In this document: piece after piece, positions 9,208 to 18,188 of the stretch
How positions within the stretch are numbered: position 1 is the stretch's first letter
Layout: each line of letters begins with the position of its first letter
DNA from: a virus
Lineage: Duplodnaviria; Caudoviricetes
IMG/VR virus record: IMGVR_UViG_2706796142_000001
Location: 11,148-75,147 of that record
Length of the DNA stretch: 64,000 bases
Direction: 5' to 3' (one strand)
Program-made: the position numbers and the translations under genes
The notes under the pieces: generated by a model
Database searches by the model: none
Told to the model about the DNA's origin: nothing
The model's input: the letters and a program-made list of their open reading frames with translations, nothing else

Positions 9208-9435
9208 ATGGACGGAGAATTGGCTGACCTGCAACAACAGTATATGGATCTGGAGATTCACCAGATCTGGGCAACTTTAGTCATTGCTGTTGTTCTGTCT
9301 GTTCATCCAGAAAGCGATTTCTGGTTCTGGCTCAATACCTTCATAGGCACTGGTAGTGCTCTGTTTGGTATCTGGGCTTTTATTAAATCACGCAAAGTGA
9401 AGAGTAAAATCTATGCTCTGATCTCTGGGGGCTAA
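9208..9435 (+). CDS. Small membrane protein
   Basis: ATG at 9208 after GGAG; two hydrophobic segments. Confidence 0.6.
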   Translation: MDGELADLQQQYMDLEIHQIWATLVIAVVLSVHPESDFWFWLNTFIGTGSALFGIWAFIKSRKVKSKIYALISGG

Positions 9436-9612
9436 ATGGCAACTGTTAACGCCACTACTGAGCAATATGTAACGCTGGTTGTTACATTGAGCCAAGAAGA
9501 AGCAAGAACCTTGCAGGCGATGATGCAAAACCCTGAAGAGGATGATACAGAAATTGCTATCAACCTTCGGCATAGCCTCTTTGCTGAGTTAAAAAAGGCG
9601 GGTATTAAATGA
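9436..9612 (+). CDS. Hypothetical protein (58 aa)
   Basis: Read by hand: MATVNATTEQ...LKKAGIK; abuts upstream stop and overlaps thyX start. Confidence 0.65.
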   Translation: MATVNATTEQYVTLVVTLSQEEARTLQAMMQNPEEDDTEIAINLRHSLFAELKKAGIK

Positions 9613-10553
9613 CGATCTCTGTAAGGGTAATCGCGGATAGTATCAACGAGTTTGGGAATCGTATTACGACTTTCCAGCTTCGCTATCCTCGCTTTATCCA
9701 CGCTGAGTTAATGACTCATCGTAAATTCAGCCGTAATGCTTCCAGCAGCCGGGCTATTCCCGTTAAGCGTATCATCGCTGACATTAAGGAAGACCCGGCG
9801 ATCCCGCTTCACTGGGGAAAGAATCAGCCGGGTATGCAAGCTCATGATGAACTCGACGATAAGGTTATCATCCCTCTGGGGTTAACTGACTCTATCGAAG
9901 TGGACAAAGAGCAGGCATGGCTTACTGCCCGTGACCGTGTGATCAAAATTGCCGAAGGTTTCGACAATGCAGGCTATCACAAGCAGATCGTTAATCGTTT
10001 GCTTGAGCCGTGGTCACATATCAACGTGCTGGTGACTTCCACTGAGTTCAACAACTTCTATCACCTGCGTTGTCATCCTGATGCACAACCAGAGATTGAA
10101 GTGCTCGCTACGCAGATGCGGCTGGCAGCTCAAAACAGCAAGCCTGTCTTACTGGCTCCGGGTGAATGGCATCTGCCATACATCAAGAATTCTGCGGATT
10201 GGGCAGAAGCACACCTGTTCCTGAAGAAAGGTCGAATCACTCGTGATGAACCAAGTAAGAAGGAAGTTCAGGAGCTGCTGCTGAAAGTCTCTGTTGCTCG
10301 TTGTGCTCGTGTCAGTTATCTGCTGCACAGTGGTCGTCAGACTACCGTGGATGAAGACCTGATTCTGTATGCCAAGCTGCTGGGGTCTGCTCCGTTACAC
10401 GCTTCACCTGCTGAACATCAGGCAACGCCTGATACTAAGTCGTATTCAAATGATTACGGTGGTGAGCTGTGGGATAACGAATCCCTGCATGGAAACTTTA
10501 CTGGCTGGAACCAATACCGTAAGACATTGCCTTACGAAAACGTTCCCGGCTAA
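9609..10553 (+). CDS. thyX: FAD-dependent thymidylate synthase (N4 gp30-like)
   Basis: HAELMTHRKFSRNASSSRAIP ThyX motif, HKQIVNRLLEP, HASPAEHQA. Confidence 0.92.
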   Translation: MTISVRVIADSINEFGNRITTFQLRYPRFIHAELMTHRKFSRNASSSRAIPVKRIIADIKEDPAIPLHWGKNQPGMQAHDELDDKVIIPLGLTDSIEVDKEQAWLTARDRVIKIAEGFDNAGYHKQIVNRLLEPWSHINVLVTSTEFNNFYHLRCHPDAQPEIEVLATQMRLAAQNSKPVLLAPGEWHLPYIKNSADWAEAHLFLKKGRITRDEPSKKEVQELLLKVSVARCARVSYLLHSGRQTTVDEDLILYAKLLGSAPLHASPAEHQATPDTKSYSNDYGGELWDNESLHGNFTGWNQYRKTLPYENVPG

Positions 10554-10559
10554 CCCATA

Positions 10560-10626
10560 GGGGGGCTTCTCTTAAAACCTCGCAGGTGATCAGGAGACTG
10601 ATCAAGAGAAGTCACCCCACCTTTTT
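10560..10626 (+). other. Three-way-junction RNA/DNA structure after thyX
   Basis: CTTCTCT/AGAGAAG and GGGG/CCCC closing stem enclosing CCT-CGC-AGG and TGATCAG-GAGA-CTGATCA hairpins. Confidence 0.55.
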
Positions 10627-10642
10627 GCTGTGTGTAGTCTTT

Positions 10643-10666
10643 GCCCATCGTAAGGTGGGCTTTTTT
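10643..10666 (+). terminator. Rho-independent terminator
   Basis: GCCCATC-GTAA-GGTGGGC plus T6. Confidence 0.8.
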
Positions 10667-10674
10667 ATGGTGTC

Positions 10675-10758
10675 TTTATCGAGGGGATCTCTGAGGCAAA
10701 CTCAGCTAGATCACGGTGCCTCCGTAGTATGGCATGGGGCGGAGATCCCCACGATAAA
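10675..10758 (+). promoter_or_regulatory. Multibranch structured leader upstream of rIIA
   Basis: TTTATCG/CGATAAA and GGGGATCTC/GAGATCCCC closing stem enclosing two hairpins. Confidence 0.5.
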
Positions 10759-10791
10759 CTCATCAACCTACCCAAAAATCCGAGGTAAACA

Positions 10792-13281
10792 ATGCAAGTA
10801 TCCGATAGTGCAAAAGGGGCTAGTTCAGCCACTTTAGGTGCTCAACCAACCCGTAATGTTGCTATGGTTCAGGATGCCAGCTTCTTAATGATGCTGTCCT
10901 CTAACCTGTATTCCAACCAAACTCTGGCCTGTATCCGTGAACCACTGTGTAATGCATGGGATGCTCACATCGATGCAGGTACTACCGATTTACCAATCCG
11001 TATCACGATCACTGAAGACCATGAGTTAATCATAGCAGACAGTGGGCTGGGCATTCCCGATGATAAGATCGAGGCTGTCTACGGTACGTATGGTGCCTCT
11101 ACCAAAAAGAACGACAGCAAGACAACTGGTGGCTTCGGTCTGGGTAGTAAGGCTCCGTGGGCTTATGTAGAAACCTTCCGTGTGATCTCTGAAAACAACG
11201 GGATTAAAACCGTTTACAACATGGAGAAATCCACTGTTGAAAACGAAGGTATGCCGGGTATTACTCCGGTCATGTCTATTCCTACTGATCGCAGTGGTCT
11301 GACAGTTCAGTTCCGTCTGAACGAGGAAGACGTGGAAGAGGTGGTTCGCTACATCAAAGCAATCACACTGCACGGTGATATGAATGTCATTTTTGACAAT
11401 CAGTTATCCGGCGAAGGTGAACAAGTTCTGCCTAAGCTGAACCTCGAACCAGTAGTGGGGAACTATCTCGTTGGTGGTGACGCCTATGAGAACTGGTACT
11501 TCCGTTACATGGGCAAGTCCACCATCTTCATTCGTTACGGTGCCGTGGTCTATCCAATTCTGGAAACCGTTAAAACTGAGAAAGCTGTCAGCCTGCTCAG
11601 GGAATTCATGACGATGGTAGGCTTCCAGCGTCTTCTGGTTCAGGCTGCTCCAGATACTCTGGCACTGACTCCGAACCGTGAAGCGTTGTCCAGTAACCGT
11701 ATGACTGAGGACGGTATCACCGATCTGTGTGTGGCCCTCGTGAATCGCATTGAGGAGGATCTGATTGCTGCTATTCCCACTGCTGTAGCAAATACAGAAC
11801 GTATGCTACGTAAGGGTATGGATGGGTCTACCGTGGATAGCCGTATTAATCCATGGAGTCATATTCGTCCTGATGCAGTTAGTCGTTACCTTAACTGCTC
11901 AGTGGGTAGGCCATTCATGACTAAGTATGATCGTCACCTGAGACATGCTGAACATGCTGGCTTTAAGAAGATGCATCGGTTCAATAATGCCAAGGCAACT
12001 AGTGAGTTTCATAAGCTGCGTAATCGTAATAAAAATCGTCGTCATTACGTGAGTATGCCTGATTTGCGGATCGGCTTTGCTAAACGTTTCATCATGAAAC
12101 CACTGGCTAAAGTTTTCTTAGATAATCCGAAAATCCTCAAGCCTAAAAACCTGATGTTCTCTGAAGAAGAATACTGGGGTCGTAAGATCCACAAGAAAGA
12201 TATCCTTAGTACTCACATACGGGGTACAAAGTTCAACAATCTGAAGGTGCTGATCGACAGACCAACAGTCTTTATTGCTTCCAACATGTCCTGTCTGGAT
12301 GACAGTATTAATGACTGCCCACTCATCGATAAGAAGGATTCTGTCTGGATCTATCGTGTGAATAACCTCGACAAGAACCGTAAGGAAATTGTCAAAGCAT
12401 TTCAGGATGCTGGTTATCAGGCAATTGATCTGGGTGACAACCACAGTTGGGATGGCCCAGCTCAAGCCCGTAAAATGGCCAGAGATGAGAAAGCTGCAAT
12501 TAAAGCTGCACAAATTGCTGCTGGTAAAAAACCAAAAGTGAAGGTAAAGAACAGCCTGCTGTCTATCAGTAACGTCTATGTTAATCGTACTAAGCGTCTA
12601 ACTACTGATGCTATCCGTGGCTTACCACAGACGGCCTCTAAGACCGATAAACCATTGTTCTATGCTGAGATCCGCGACTGCAACAGCAATGGCACTATCG
12701 GGCATTACACGCATATTCTCGACTTGAGCCAAGAAGAGAAAGAGCATGGCGTGATTGCTCGTACTGGTACGGAAGTCAACATGGCGAAGAAACGTGGTGC
12801 AGTCCATGTTAATGCCTACTTCAAGGATCGTTTCATTGAACGTGTCTTCAGTGAAGAATACAAAACTTACATGACGAAAGAACGTAAGGTGGGTATCGCT
12901 GAGGACTTATGTATTAGGTCAGTGGACATGAGACTGTTCAGATTACTTGGCATTAAAATGCCGGGGCTGGACAAACTGAAGTACGATCCTTCTATGGAAC
13001 GTCTCCATCAGATGATCGATGGCATGTGGACTCATCTACGCTATACGCTGTTGAGTGATGATCCTGTTAAAAAGGATTTACTCGACGATGTGGTTCTGAA
13101 ATACCAGCTCCTCCCTACTCCAACAACTGAGAAGTTGATGATTCTCCAGACTGACAAAATCTTGAATAAGTTGGGGAATGGTAAGGGTGTTATGGAGTTA
13201 ATCCAACGTTATCCAGAGCGCAAAGCAGCTCTGAAATCCCTTGTTTTAATCGCGATCAAAACTGGAATAAAGAAACCATGA
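10792..13281 (+). CDS. rIIA: rIIA-like protein with N-terminal GHKL (Hsp90-like) ATPase domain (N4 gp33-like)
   Basis: CIREPLCNAWDAH, IADSGLGI, GGFGLGSK, LTPNREALS; precedes rIIB-like gene. Confidence 0.85.
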   Translation: MQVSDSAKGASSATLGAQPTRNVAMVQDASFLMMLSSNLYSNQTLACIREPLCNAWDAHIDAGTTDLPIRITITEDHELIIADSGLGIPDDKIEAVYGTYGASTKKNDSKTTGGFGLGSKAPWAYVETFRVISENNGIKTVYNMEKSTVENEGMPGITPVMSIPTDRSGLTVQFRLNEEDVEEVVRYIKAITLHGDMNVIFDNQLSGEGEQVLPKLNLEPVVGNYLVGGDAYENWYFRYMGKSTIFIRYGAVVYPILETVKTEKAVSLLREFMTMVGFQRLLVQAAPDTLALTPNREALSSNRMTEDGITDLCVALVNRIEEDLIAAIPTAVANTERMLRKGMDGSTVDSRINPWSHIRPDAVSRYLNCSVGRPFMTKYDRHLRHAEHAGFKKMHRFNNAKATSEFHKLRNRNKNRRHYVSMPDLRIGFAKRFIMKPLAKVFLDNPKILKPKNLMFSEEEYWGRKIHKKDILSTHIRGTKFNNLKVLIDRPTVFIASNMSCLDDSINDCPLIDKKDSVWIYRVNNLDKNRKEIVKAFQDAGYQAIDLGDNHSWDGPAQARKMARDEKAAIKAAQIAAGKKPKVKVKNSLLSISNVYVNRTKRLTTDAIRGLPQTASKTDKPLFYAEIRDCNSNGTIGHYTHILDLSQEEKEHGVIARTGTEVNMAKKRGAVHVNAYFKDRFIERVFSEEYKTYMTKERKVGIAEDLCIRSVDMRLFRLLGIKMPGLDKLKYDPSMERLHQMIDGMWTHLRYTLLSDDPVKKDLLDDVVLKYQLLPTPTTEKLMILQTDKILNKLGNGKGVMELIQRYPERKAALKSLVLIAIKTGIKKP

Positions 13282-15452
13282 ACAAGACCCTCGTGACAAT
13301 CGTAGCGTTGTCCGTGGATAACCGTACTGCAACTCTGTATTTGCAGGATGGAACCACGCTGACAATGAAGCAGGGTGACTCACGTCTCCCTAATATCGCA
13401 GCCGTTGCCAAAGAAGCATTTGGCAAAGGTCTGAAGAGTGTTGAGGTGGATGTTACCGTTCCGGTAGCTGAGAACACCGAATACGCTGACGCAGAGCGTG
13501 GAACCAAAGGAGCTGTTAAGTTCTTCCGTGTGGCTAAGTCGCTGCTGAAAAAGCTGCTTAACACTGATTCACCACAGGAAGTACCGGAAGAAGTGGCATA
13601 TGTATCACCACTGGATATCGGTACTTTCCCCGGTCGGGAACCTGAACCTGTACAGTTCGACTCTGCCGTATCAGCTCAATTGCTTGAGATGATTAAGGTC
13701 AGTGGTAACTGGCAGGTAATTCTGACCGACAACAGCAGCAATAGCTTGCAGAAGGTAGCTGCTATTAAGTTGGTTCGCACTGTCGGTAATCTGGGGCTGA
13801 AACAGGCCAAAGATCTGCTGGAACAGCCTGTGCCTGCTGTGATTCTCGGTGGTTACGACGAGAAGACAGCATTTACCATCTGTCAGTGGTTGAAAGAGTT
13901 CGGCTATAAGGCGGATATCGATTACGTAGAGGTTGCTTCATTGGAGCCATGGGGGCCAACCGCAGAGGAGCAGTTAGCTGAACCTGTGCAGGAAACGAAG
14001 GCAGAGCCGACTAACGATCAGAAACTGGATGCTGCTGGTGAGCGTATGCGTATGCTCATGGACGGTGGCAAGCAGACTTCTGATCCAGAGTTCCATAAGC
14101 CTCTCGATGAATCTGTGGAAACTATCGTTGCTGTACACCAGTCCAGCGGTATGGTCGTGCCGGATGCTCACAAGCTGTCTCGTCAGCTCAGGGCATCTGC
14201 AAAGTTGAAAGACTATGCTGGCTTTGAGAAGTTCCTCGAACGTCTGTCCTTGATCATCAATGACCGTGCTCACTCGGTTGAAGATCTGATGAAGTTCATC
14301 GAGAAAGGCGATCTGCCAATCGCTGACGATGGCTGCATTGTGATCTACAAACGTTTGAACCGTGCGATTAACGGTGTGATGACTGACGTTCACAGCGGCA
14401 GAATCAAACAGAAAGTAGGCTCGTATGTCTTTATGCGAGCTGGTCTGGTTGATCCTAACCGCCGTCAGGACTGCTCAAACGGTCTACACGTTGCGTCTCT
14501 GTCGTACCTCGGTGGTTTCAGTGGTGTAGAAACTGTTATCGCCAAGGTGCGTCCAGAGGATGTATTCGCTGTGCCGGAGTACAGTACCAACAAGATGCGT
14601 GTGTGTGGTTATCACATTCTGGGCATCCTGCCAGAGAACCTGCGTGTTCTGGTAAACGGTGGTGGTTCTATCTCCAGCGTTCCAGAAGGTGCAATCCTGC
14701 TGGGCAGTGTTCTGCGTGGGCATCATATCGGTATTACTCAGCACGTCGAGATCGGTGGTCAAAGCGGAACTAACGTGACCTACACCGATGTGGCTGTGGA
14801 CAGTGCCGATGATTTGGTTGTAACGGCAGCGACTGCACCTCGTGCAGAAACGCTGGATCTCGCTGAAGAGTTGCAGGCTAAAGTACCTGTGGCTCCAGAC
14901 GTAATGCCTGACGAACTGGTGGATAAACCTGTGGACAAAATTAAGCGTTCAACGCCAGTCAATCGCAAAGCGACTGGAACCAAGAAGAAAGGGGCTAAAT
15001 CCAAGCCTGCTAAAGCTGCCAAGCGTGCTGTGAGTAAGTCTCCGGCGTTTGCTGCTGCTTATGGCAATGTGGCTGGTGCATCAACCTCTGACGTAGCGAA
15101 CGATGCTGCCAAGAAGTTGTTGCAGATGAAGTCTGCTGCACGCAAAGGCTGGGACAAACTGGGCTTCACCAACGAAGAAGTTGCAATCGTGATGAACTCA
15201 GTGAGTAAAACAACCAATGCGAAAGCTGAAGGTATTCTGGAAACTCGTGCGAAAGCCGAGAAACGTAAAGACAGTGGTAAGGCGAATCCGAATTCTCCTG
15301 CCGGGCTGATTCGTGGAATGTTGGAGAAAGGCAACTTGTCTGTTGACGAGTATAAAGCCATTGTCCTTCTGAAGCGTAAAGCCAAGAAAGGCTGGCAGGC
15401 TCTGGGTGTATCCGAAGCGGAACAGGCAGAGATCGAAAAGCATACCAAGTAA
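13278..15452 (+). CDS. rIIB: rIIB-like protein with inserted ribosomal L7/L12 C-terminal domain (N4 gp34-like)
   Basis: LPIADDGCIVIYK, CSNGLHVASLSY, KVRPEDVFAVP, KMRVC rIIB core; KVAAIKLVRTVGNLGLKQAKDLLE insert. Confidence 0.85.
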   Translation: MNKTLVTIVALSVDNRTATLYLQDGTTLTMKQGDSRLPNIAAVAKEAFGKGLKSVEVDVTVPVAENTEYADAERGTKGAVKFFRVAKSLLKKLLNTDSPQEVPEEVAYVSPLDIGTFPGREPEPVQFDSAVSAQLLEMIKVSGNWQVILTDNSSNSLQKVAAIKLVRTVGNLGLKQAKDLLEQPVPAVILGGYDEKTAFTICQWLKEFGYKADIDYVEVASLEPWGPTAEEQLAEPVQETKAEPTNDQKLDAAGERMRMLMDGGKQTSDPEFHKPLDESVETIVAVHQSSGMVVPDAHKLSRQLRASAKLKDYAGFEKFLERLSLIINDRAHSVEDLMKFIEKGDLPIADDGCIVIYKRLNRAINGVMTDVHSGRIKQKVGSYVFMRAGLVDPNRRQDCSNGLHVASLSYLGGFSGVETVIAKVRPEDVFAVPEYSTNKMRVCGYHILGILPENLRVLVNGGGSISSVPEGAILLGSVLRGHHIGITQHVEIGGQSGTNVTYTDVAVDSADDLVVTAATAPRAETLDLAEELQAKVPVAPDVMPDELVDKPVDKIKRSTPVNRKATGTKKKGAKSKPAKAAKRAVSKSPAFAAAYGNVAGASTSDVANDAAKKLLQMKSAARKGWDKLGFTNEEVAIVMNSVSKTTNAKAEGILETRAKAEKRKDSGKANPNSPAGLIRGMLEKGNLSVDEYKAIVLLKRKAKKGWQALGVSEAEQAEIEKHTK

Positions 15453-15464
15453 GTAGCTACTTCC

Positions 15465-15502
15465 AAAATACCTCTAGTCTCTATAGACTAGGGGTATTTT
15501 TT
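15465..15502 (+). terminator. Rho-independent terminator
   Basis: AAAATACCTCTAGTCT-CTAT-AGACTAGGGGTATTTT plus T tract. Confidence 0.8.
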
Positions 15503-15518
15503 ATGGGAGTAACAAACT

Positions 15519-15839
15519 ATGTCACAAGTATTCCGTCCTAATCGCAAGGCAACTGACGGCGATATTATTCGTCTTAATAGTGTGGGTCTGTCTTTGTCCA
15601 CGATTGCAAAAGTTCTGGATTGTCATCCAACCACTATTACCCTGCGACTCAAGTCTCTGAATATAGCTCCTGCTGATACACGTCGAACCTTCATGGAAGA
15701 TGTGTTTACCTCGCTGTCTCAGAACCAACAAGAGTGGTTAGCTGATCAGCTAGGCCCACATATTTCCATTAAGGACTTTGTGCGAAATCTGTTAGTTCGT
15801 GCCTACCTTGATAAGAAACCGGATAACGACAATGCCTAA
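15519..15839 (+). CDS. HTH DNA-binding protein (N4 gp35-like)
   Basis: GLSLSTIAKVLDCHPTTITLRL helix-turn-helix; syntenic position after rIIB. Confidence 0.75.
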   Translation: MSQVFRPNRKATDGDIIRLNSVGLSLSTIAKVLDCHPTTITLRLKSLNIAPADTRRTFMEDVFTSLSQNQQEWLADQLGPHISIKDFVRNLLVRAYLDKKPDNDNA

Positions 15840-16290
15840 TCCACTTTACGATACTCTCCTGTGGTTCCAAAAAGCTGTACCGGAGCCGGGAACCAAGAAC
15901 ATCAACGTTCAGACTGGCGTCCACTTTGAAGAAGTGGTTGAGATGCTGGCTGAGATGGAAGGTACTGACCAGACGACTCGTACCATGATCTATCAGGCTG
16001 CTGATTATCTTGGCAGACTGGCAGAGCATTTGAAAACTTCAAATGCCGATCTGAAATTCACTCTGAAAGATGAAGTGAAGTTCCTCGATGCTCTCTGTGA
16101 CCAAGTGGTTACAGCCACTGGTACTGCTCACATGCATAACTTCCTTTTCCACGGTGCGATGATGGAAGTGAACAGCTCCAACTTCAGCAAGTTTGTGGAT
16201 GGTGAGCCTGTATTCGATGAGAATCGTAAAATCAAAAAAGGCCCAGACTATCGTCTGGCTAACCTCGAACCATTCGTGAAACCGCAGTAA
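15832..16290 (+). CDS. MazG-like NTP pyrophosphohydrolase (N4 gp36-like)
   Basis: HFEEVVEM, DALCDQVVTA, EVNSSNFSK, KIKKGPDY. Confidence 0.85.
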   Translation: MPNPLYDTLLWFQKAVPEPGTKNINVQTGVHFEEVVEMLAEMEGTDQTTRTMIYQAADYLGRLAEHLKTSNADLKFTLKDEVKFLDALCDQVVTATGTAHMHNFLFHGAMMEVNSSNFSKFVDGEPVFDENRKIKKGPDYRLANLEPFVKPQ

Positions 16291-16314
16291 TTTGTTTTTG
16301 CGGTCTGTTCATAT

Positions 16315-16339
16315 AAGCCACTGATTCTAGTGGCTTTTT
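16315..16339 (+). terminator. Probable terminator
   Basis: AAGCCACT-GATTCT-AGTGGCTT plus T tract. Confidence 0.65.
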
Positions 16340-16363
16340 AACATTAAATTGGAGAGTCTCTAA

Positions 16364-17671
16364 ATGCTTGAGTCACCCAAGACCGCACCGCTAAATGCTG
16401 GACAGCAGGCAGCGGCTGACGGTTTCTTTGCATTCCTGTTCGATCAGACACAGGAGATTATTATTTCCGGTGCCGGGGGTGTCGGTAAGACATTCCTGAT
16501 GGGCTATCTCATTGATGAGATCATGCCCCGTTATTTCAGTACCTGTCAGTTGATGGATATTAAGCCTGAATTCGATGAGGTCGTAATGGCTGCTACCACC
16601 AACAAGGCAGCAGAAGTACTGACCCTCAGCACTAGCCGTGGTTGTGGAACGATCCACTCCTTCATGAACCTCAAAGTTCGTGATGATTACGGTACTGGTC
16701 GAAGTATTCTGACCAAGAAAAACACATGGACTGTTCATCAAAACAAGATAGTTTTCATCGATGAATGCTCCATGATCGATAGTGCATTACTGGCAATGCT
16801 GAAAGAGGGAACCCATAAATGCAAAATCGTTTATGTCGGTGATCACTCTCAGTTGGCTCCAGTTATGGAAGCGATTTCACCAATCTACCGTAACAACATT
16901 CCGATGTTCGTACTGACGGAACCAATGAGGAACGCTGGTCAGCCAGCCCTGTTGGAAGTCTGTCAGCAACTTCGTGACACAGTTGAAACGGGTGTGTTTA
17001 ACCCGATTAAAATTGTGCCGGGTGTAATCGATCACATGACCAGCGAAGAAATGCAGGCTGAGATCGATAAGCACTTTGTAAGTGGTGAAACTGAATCCCG
17101 TATCCTCGGCTACACCAACAAACGTGTGCAGGATTATAACCAGTACATTCGTGAAGTCCGTGGTCTGCCTGAGCAGTTCACCGTGGGTGAGCACCTGATT
17201 AATAACTCTGGGATCCAGTTTAAAAACGGGATGCTGAGTGTTGAGCAGGAGGTGAAAATCACTTTCATGTCTTCCCAGACAGCTTCGATTCGTATCGAGG
17301 AAGGTGTGGAGATGGATGTGCATATCTGCACTCTGGAAACCATGCTGGGTGAGCGATACGAAAACGTGAAGATCCCGGCAAACCGGGAGCATTACGAAGC
17401 TCTGGTAGCCTACTACCGAAGGATGAAGAACTGGGAACGGTTCTATTTCCTGAAGAATAACTTCCCCGATCTGCGTCCTCGTGATGCCTGTACTGTTCAC
17501 AAAAGTCAGGGCAGCAGTTATGACACGACATTCATTGATCTGAATGACCTGTCCACCTGCCGTAACCCTGATCTGGCTGCCCGTCTGCTATACGTAGCAT
17601 TCACTCGTGCTCGTAATCGTGTAGTGCTGTATGGCGAACTGGCTGAGAAATTTGGTGGTCTGATCCAGTAG
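16364..17671 (+). CDS. SF1B (Dda/RecD-like) DNA helicase (N4 gp37-like)
   Basis: GAGGVGKT, FIDECSMI, VGDHSQL, TVHKSQGSSYD, YVAFTRAR. Confidence 0.92.
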   Translation: MLESPKTAPLNAGQQAAADGFFAFLFDQTQEIIISGAGGVGKTFLMGYLIDEIMPRYFSTCQLMDIKPEFDEVVMAATTNKAAEVLTLSTSRGCGTIHSFMNLKVRDDYGTGRSILTKKNTWTVHQNKIVFIDECSMIDSALLAMLKEGTHKCKIVYVGDHSQLAPVMEAISPIYRNNIPMFVLTEPMRNAGQPALLEVCQQLRDTVETGVFNPIKIVPGVIDHMTSEEMQAEIDKHFVSGETESRILGYTNKRVQDYNQYIREVRGLPEQFTVGEHLINNSGIQFKNGMLSVEQEVKITFMSSQTASIRIEEGVEMDVHICTLETMLGERYENVKIPANREHYEALVAYYRRMKNWERFYFLKNNFPDLRPRDACTVHKSQGSSYDTTFIDLNDLSTCRNPDLAARLLYVAFTRARNRVVLYGELAEKFGGLIQ

Positions 17672-17679
17672 GAGAGAGA

Positions 17680-18177
17680 ATGTCTAGTTCTACCGTTATG
17701 GGCTTAATTGACCGTATTCTCAATGACTTGTTTAAGGCTGAGAAGAGACGGTTAGCAACCGCAATCGATCAACTGGTTGAGGCCAACGAAGAGTATGTTC
17801 AGAGCCAAATGAGAGCCTTCATGTTCAATGGTGATATCTATACCCATAGCCAAAATGGGTACAGGGATCGTCCACCAATGTTGGCATGGGCTTTGACAGA
17901 CAGAATGGTTGCTCACATTAAAGACCAGAAGGCTGTCAACATGGACAAACAGCAAATAGGGCAGATGCTCTTTTCACTGTTTGGCACAAATCCTGACTGG
18001 CAACATGTACTTAACCATTTACCACCTTGTCTGGTTCCACTGGTTCCTGAGACGAATGCTTACCAGCGTTCTTTCGGTGTGGAAGATCACATTCAACACG
18101 ACGAGCGATTACTTCGGCAATACCGTAAGATACTTCCGAAAATCGAGATGTATAGTGTGACCGGGCTACTTTATTAG
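17680..18177 (+). CDS. Conserved N4-like protein between helicase and polymerase (gp38-like)
   Basis: 165-aa ORF with GGAG RBS; synteny. Confidence 0.7.
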   Translation: MSSSTVMGLIDRILNDLFKAEKRRLATAIDQLVEANEEYVQSQMRAFMFNGDIYTHSQNGYRDRPPMLAWALTDRMVAHIKDQKAVNMDKQQIGQMLFSLFGTNPDWQHVLNHLPPCLVPLVPETNAYQRSFGVEDHIQHDERLLRQYRKILPKIEMYSVTGLLY

Positions 18178-18188
18178 GCAGGTGATTA

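Noticed and set aside
10578-10586. N4 vRNAP early hairpin promoter (CCT-CGC-AGG)
   Set aside because: Stem only 3 bp and located in the middle region; early promoters should lie left of this window
10675-10758. Known riboswitch or hammerhead ribozyme identity for the rIIA leader
   Set aside because: No CTGATGA...GAAA hammerhead core; GCAAA alone is insufficient for a c-di-GMP riboswitch call
10586-10837. 83-aa ORF spanning the thyX-rIIA intergenic region
   Set aside because: Crosses a terminator, has no RBS, and the sequence is better explained by RNA structure
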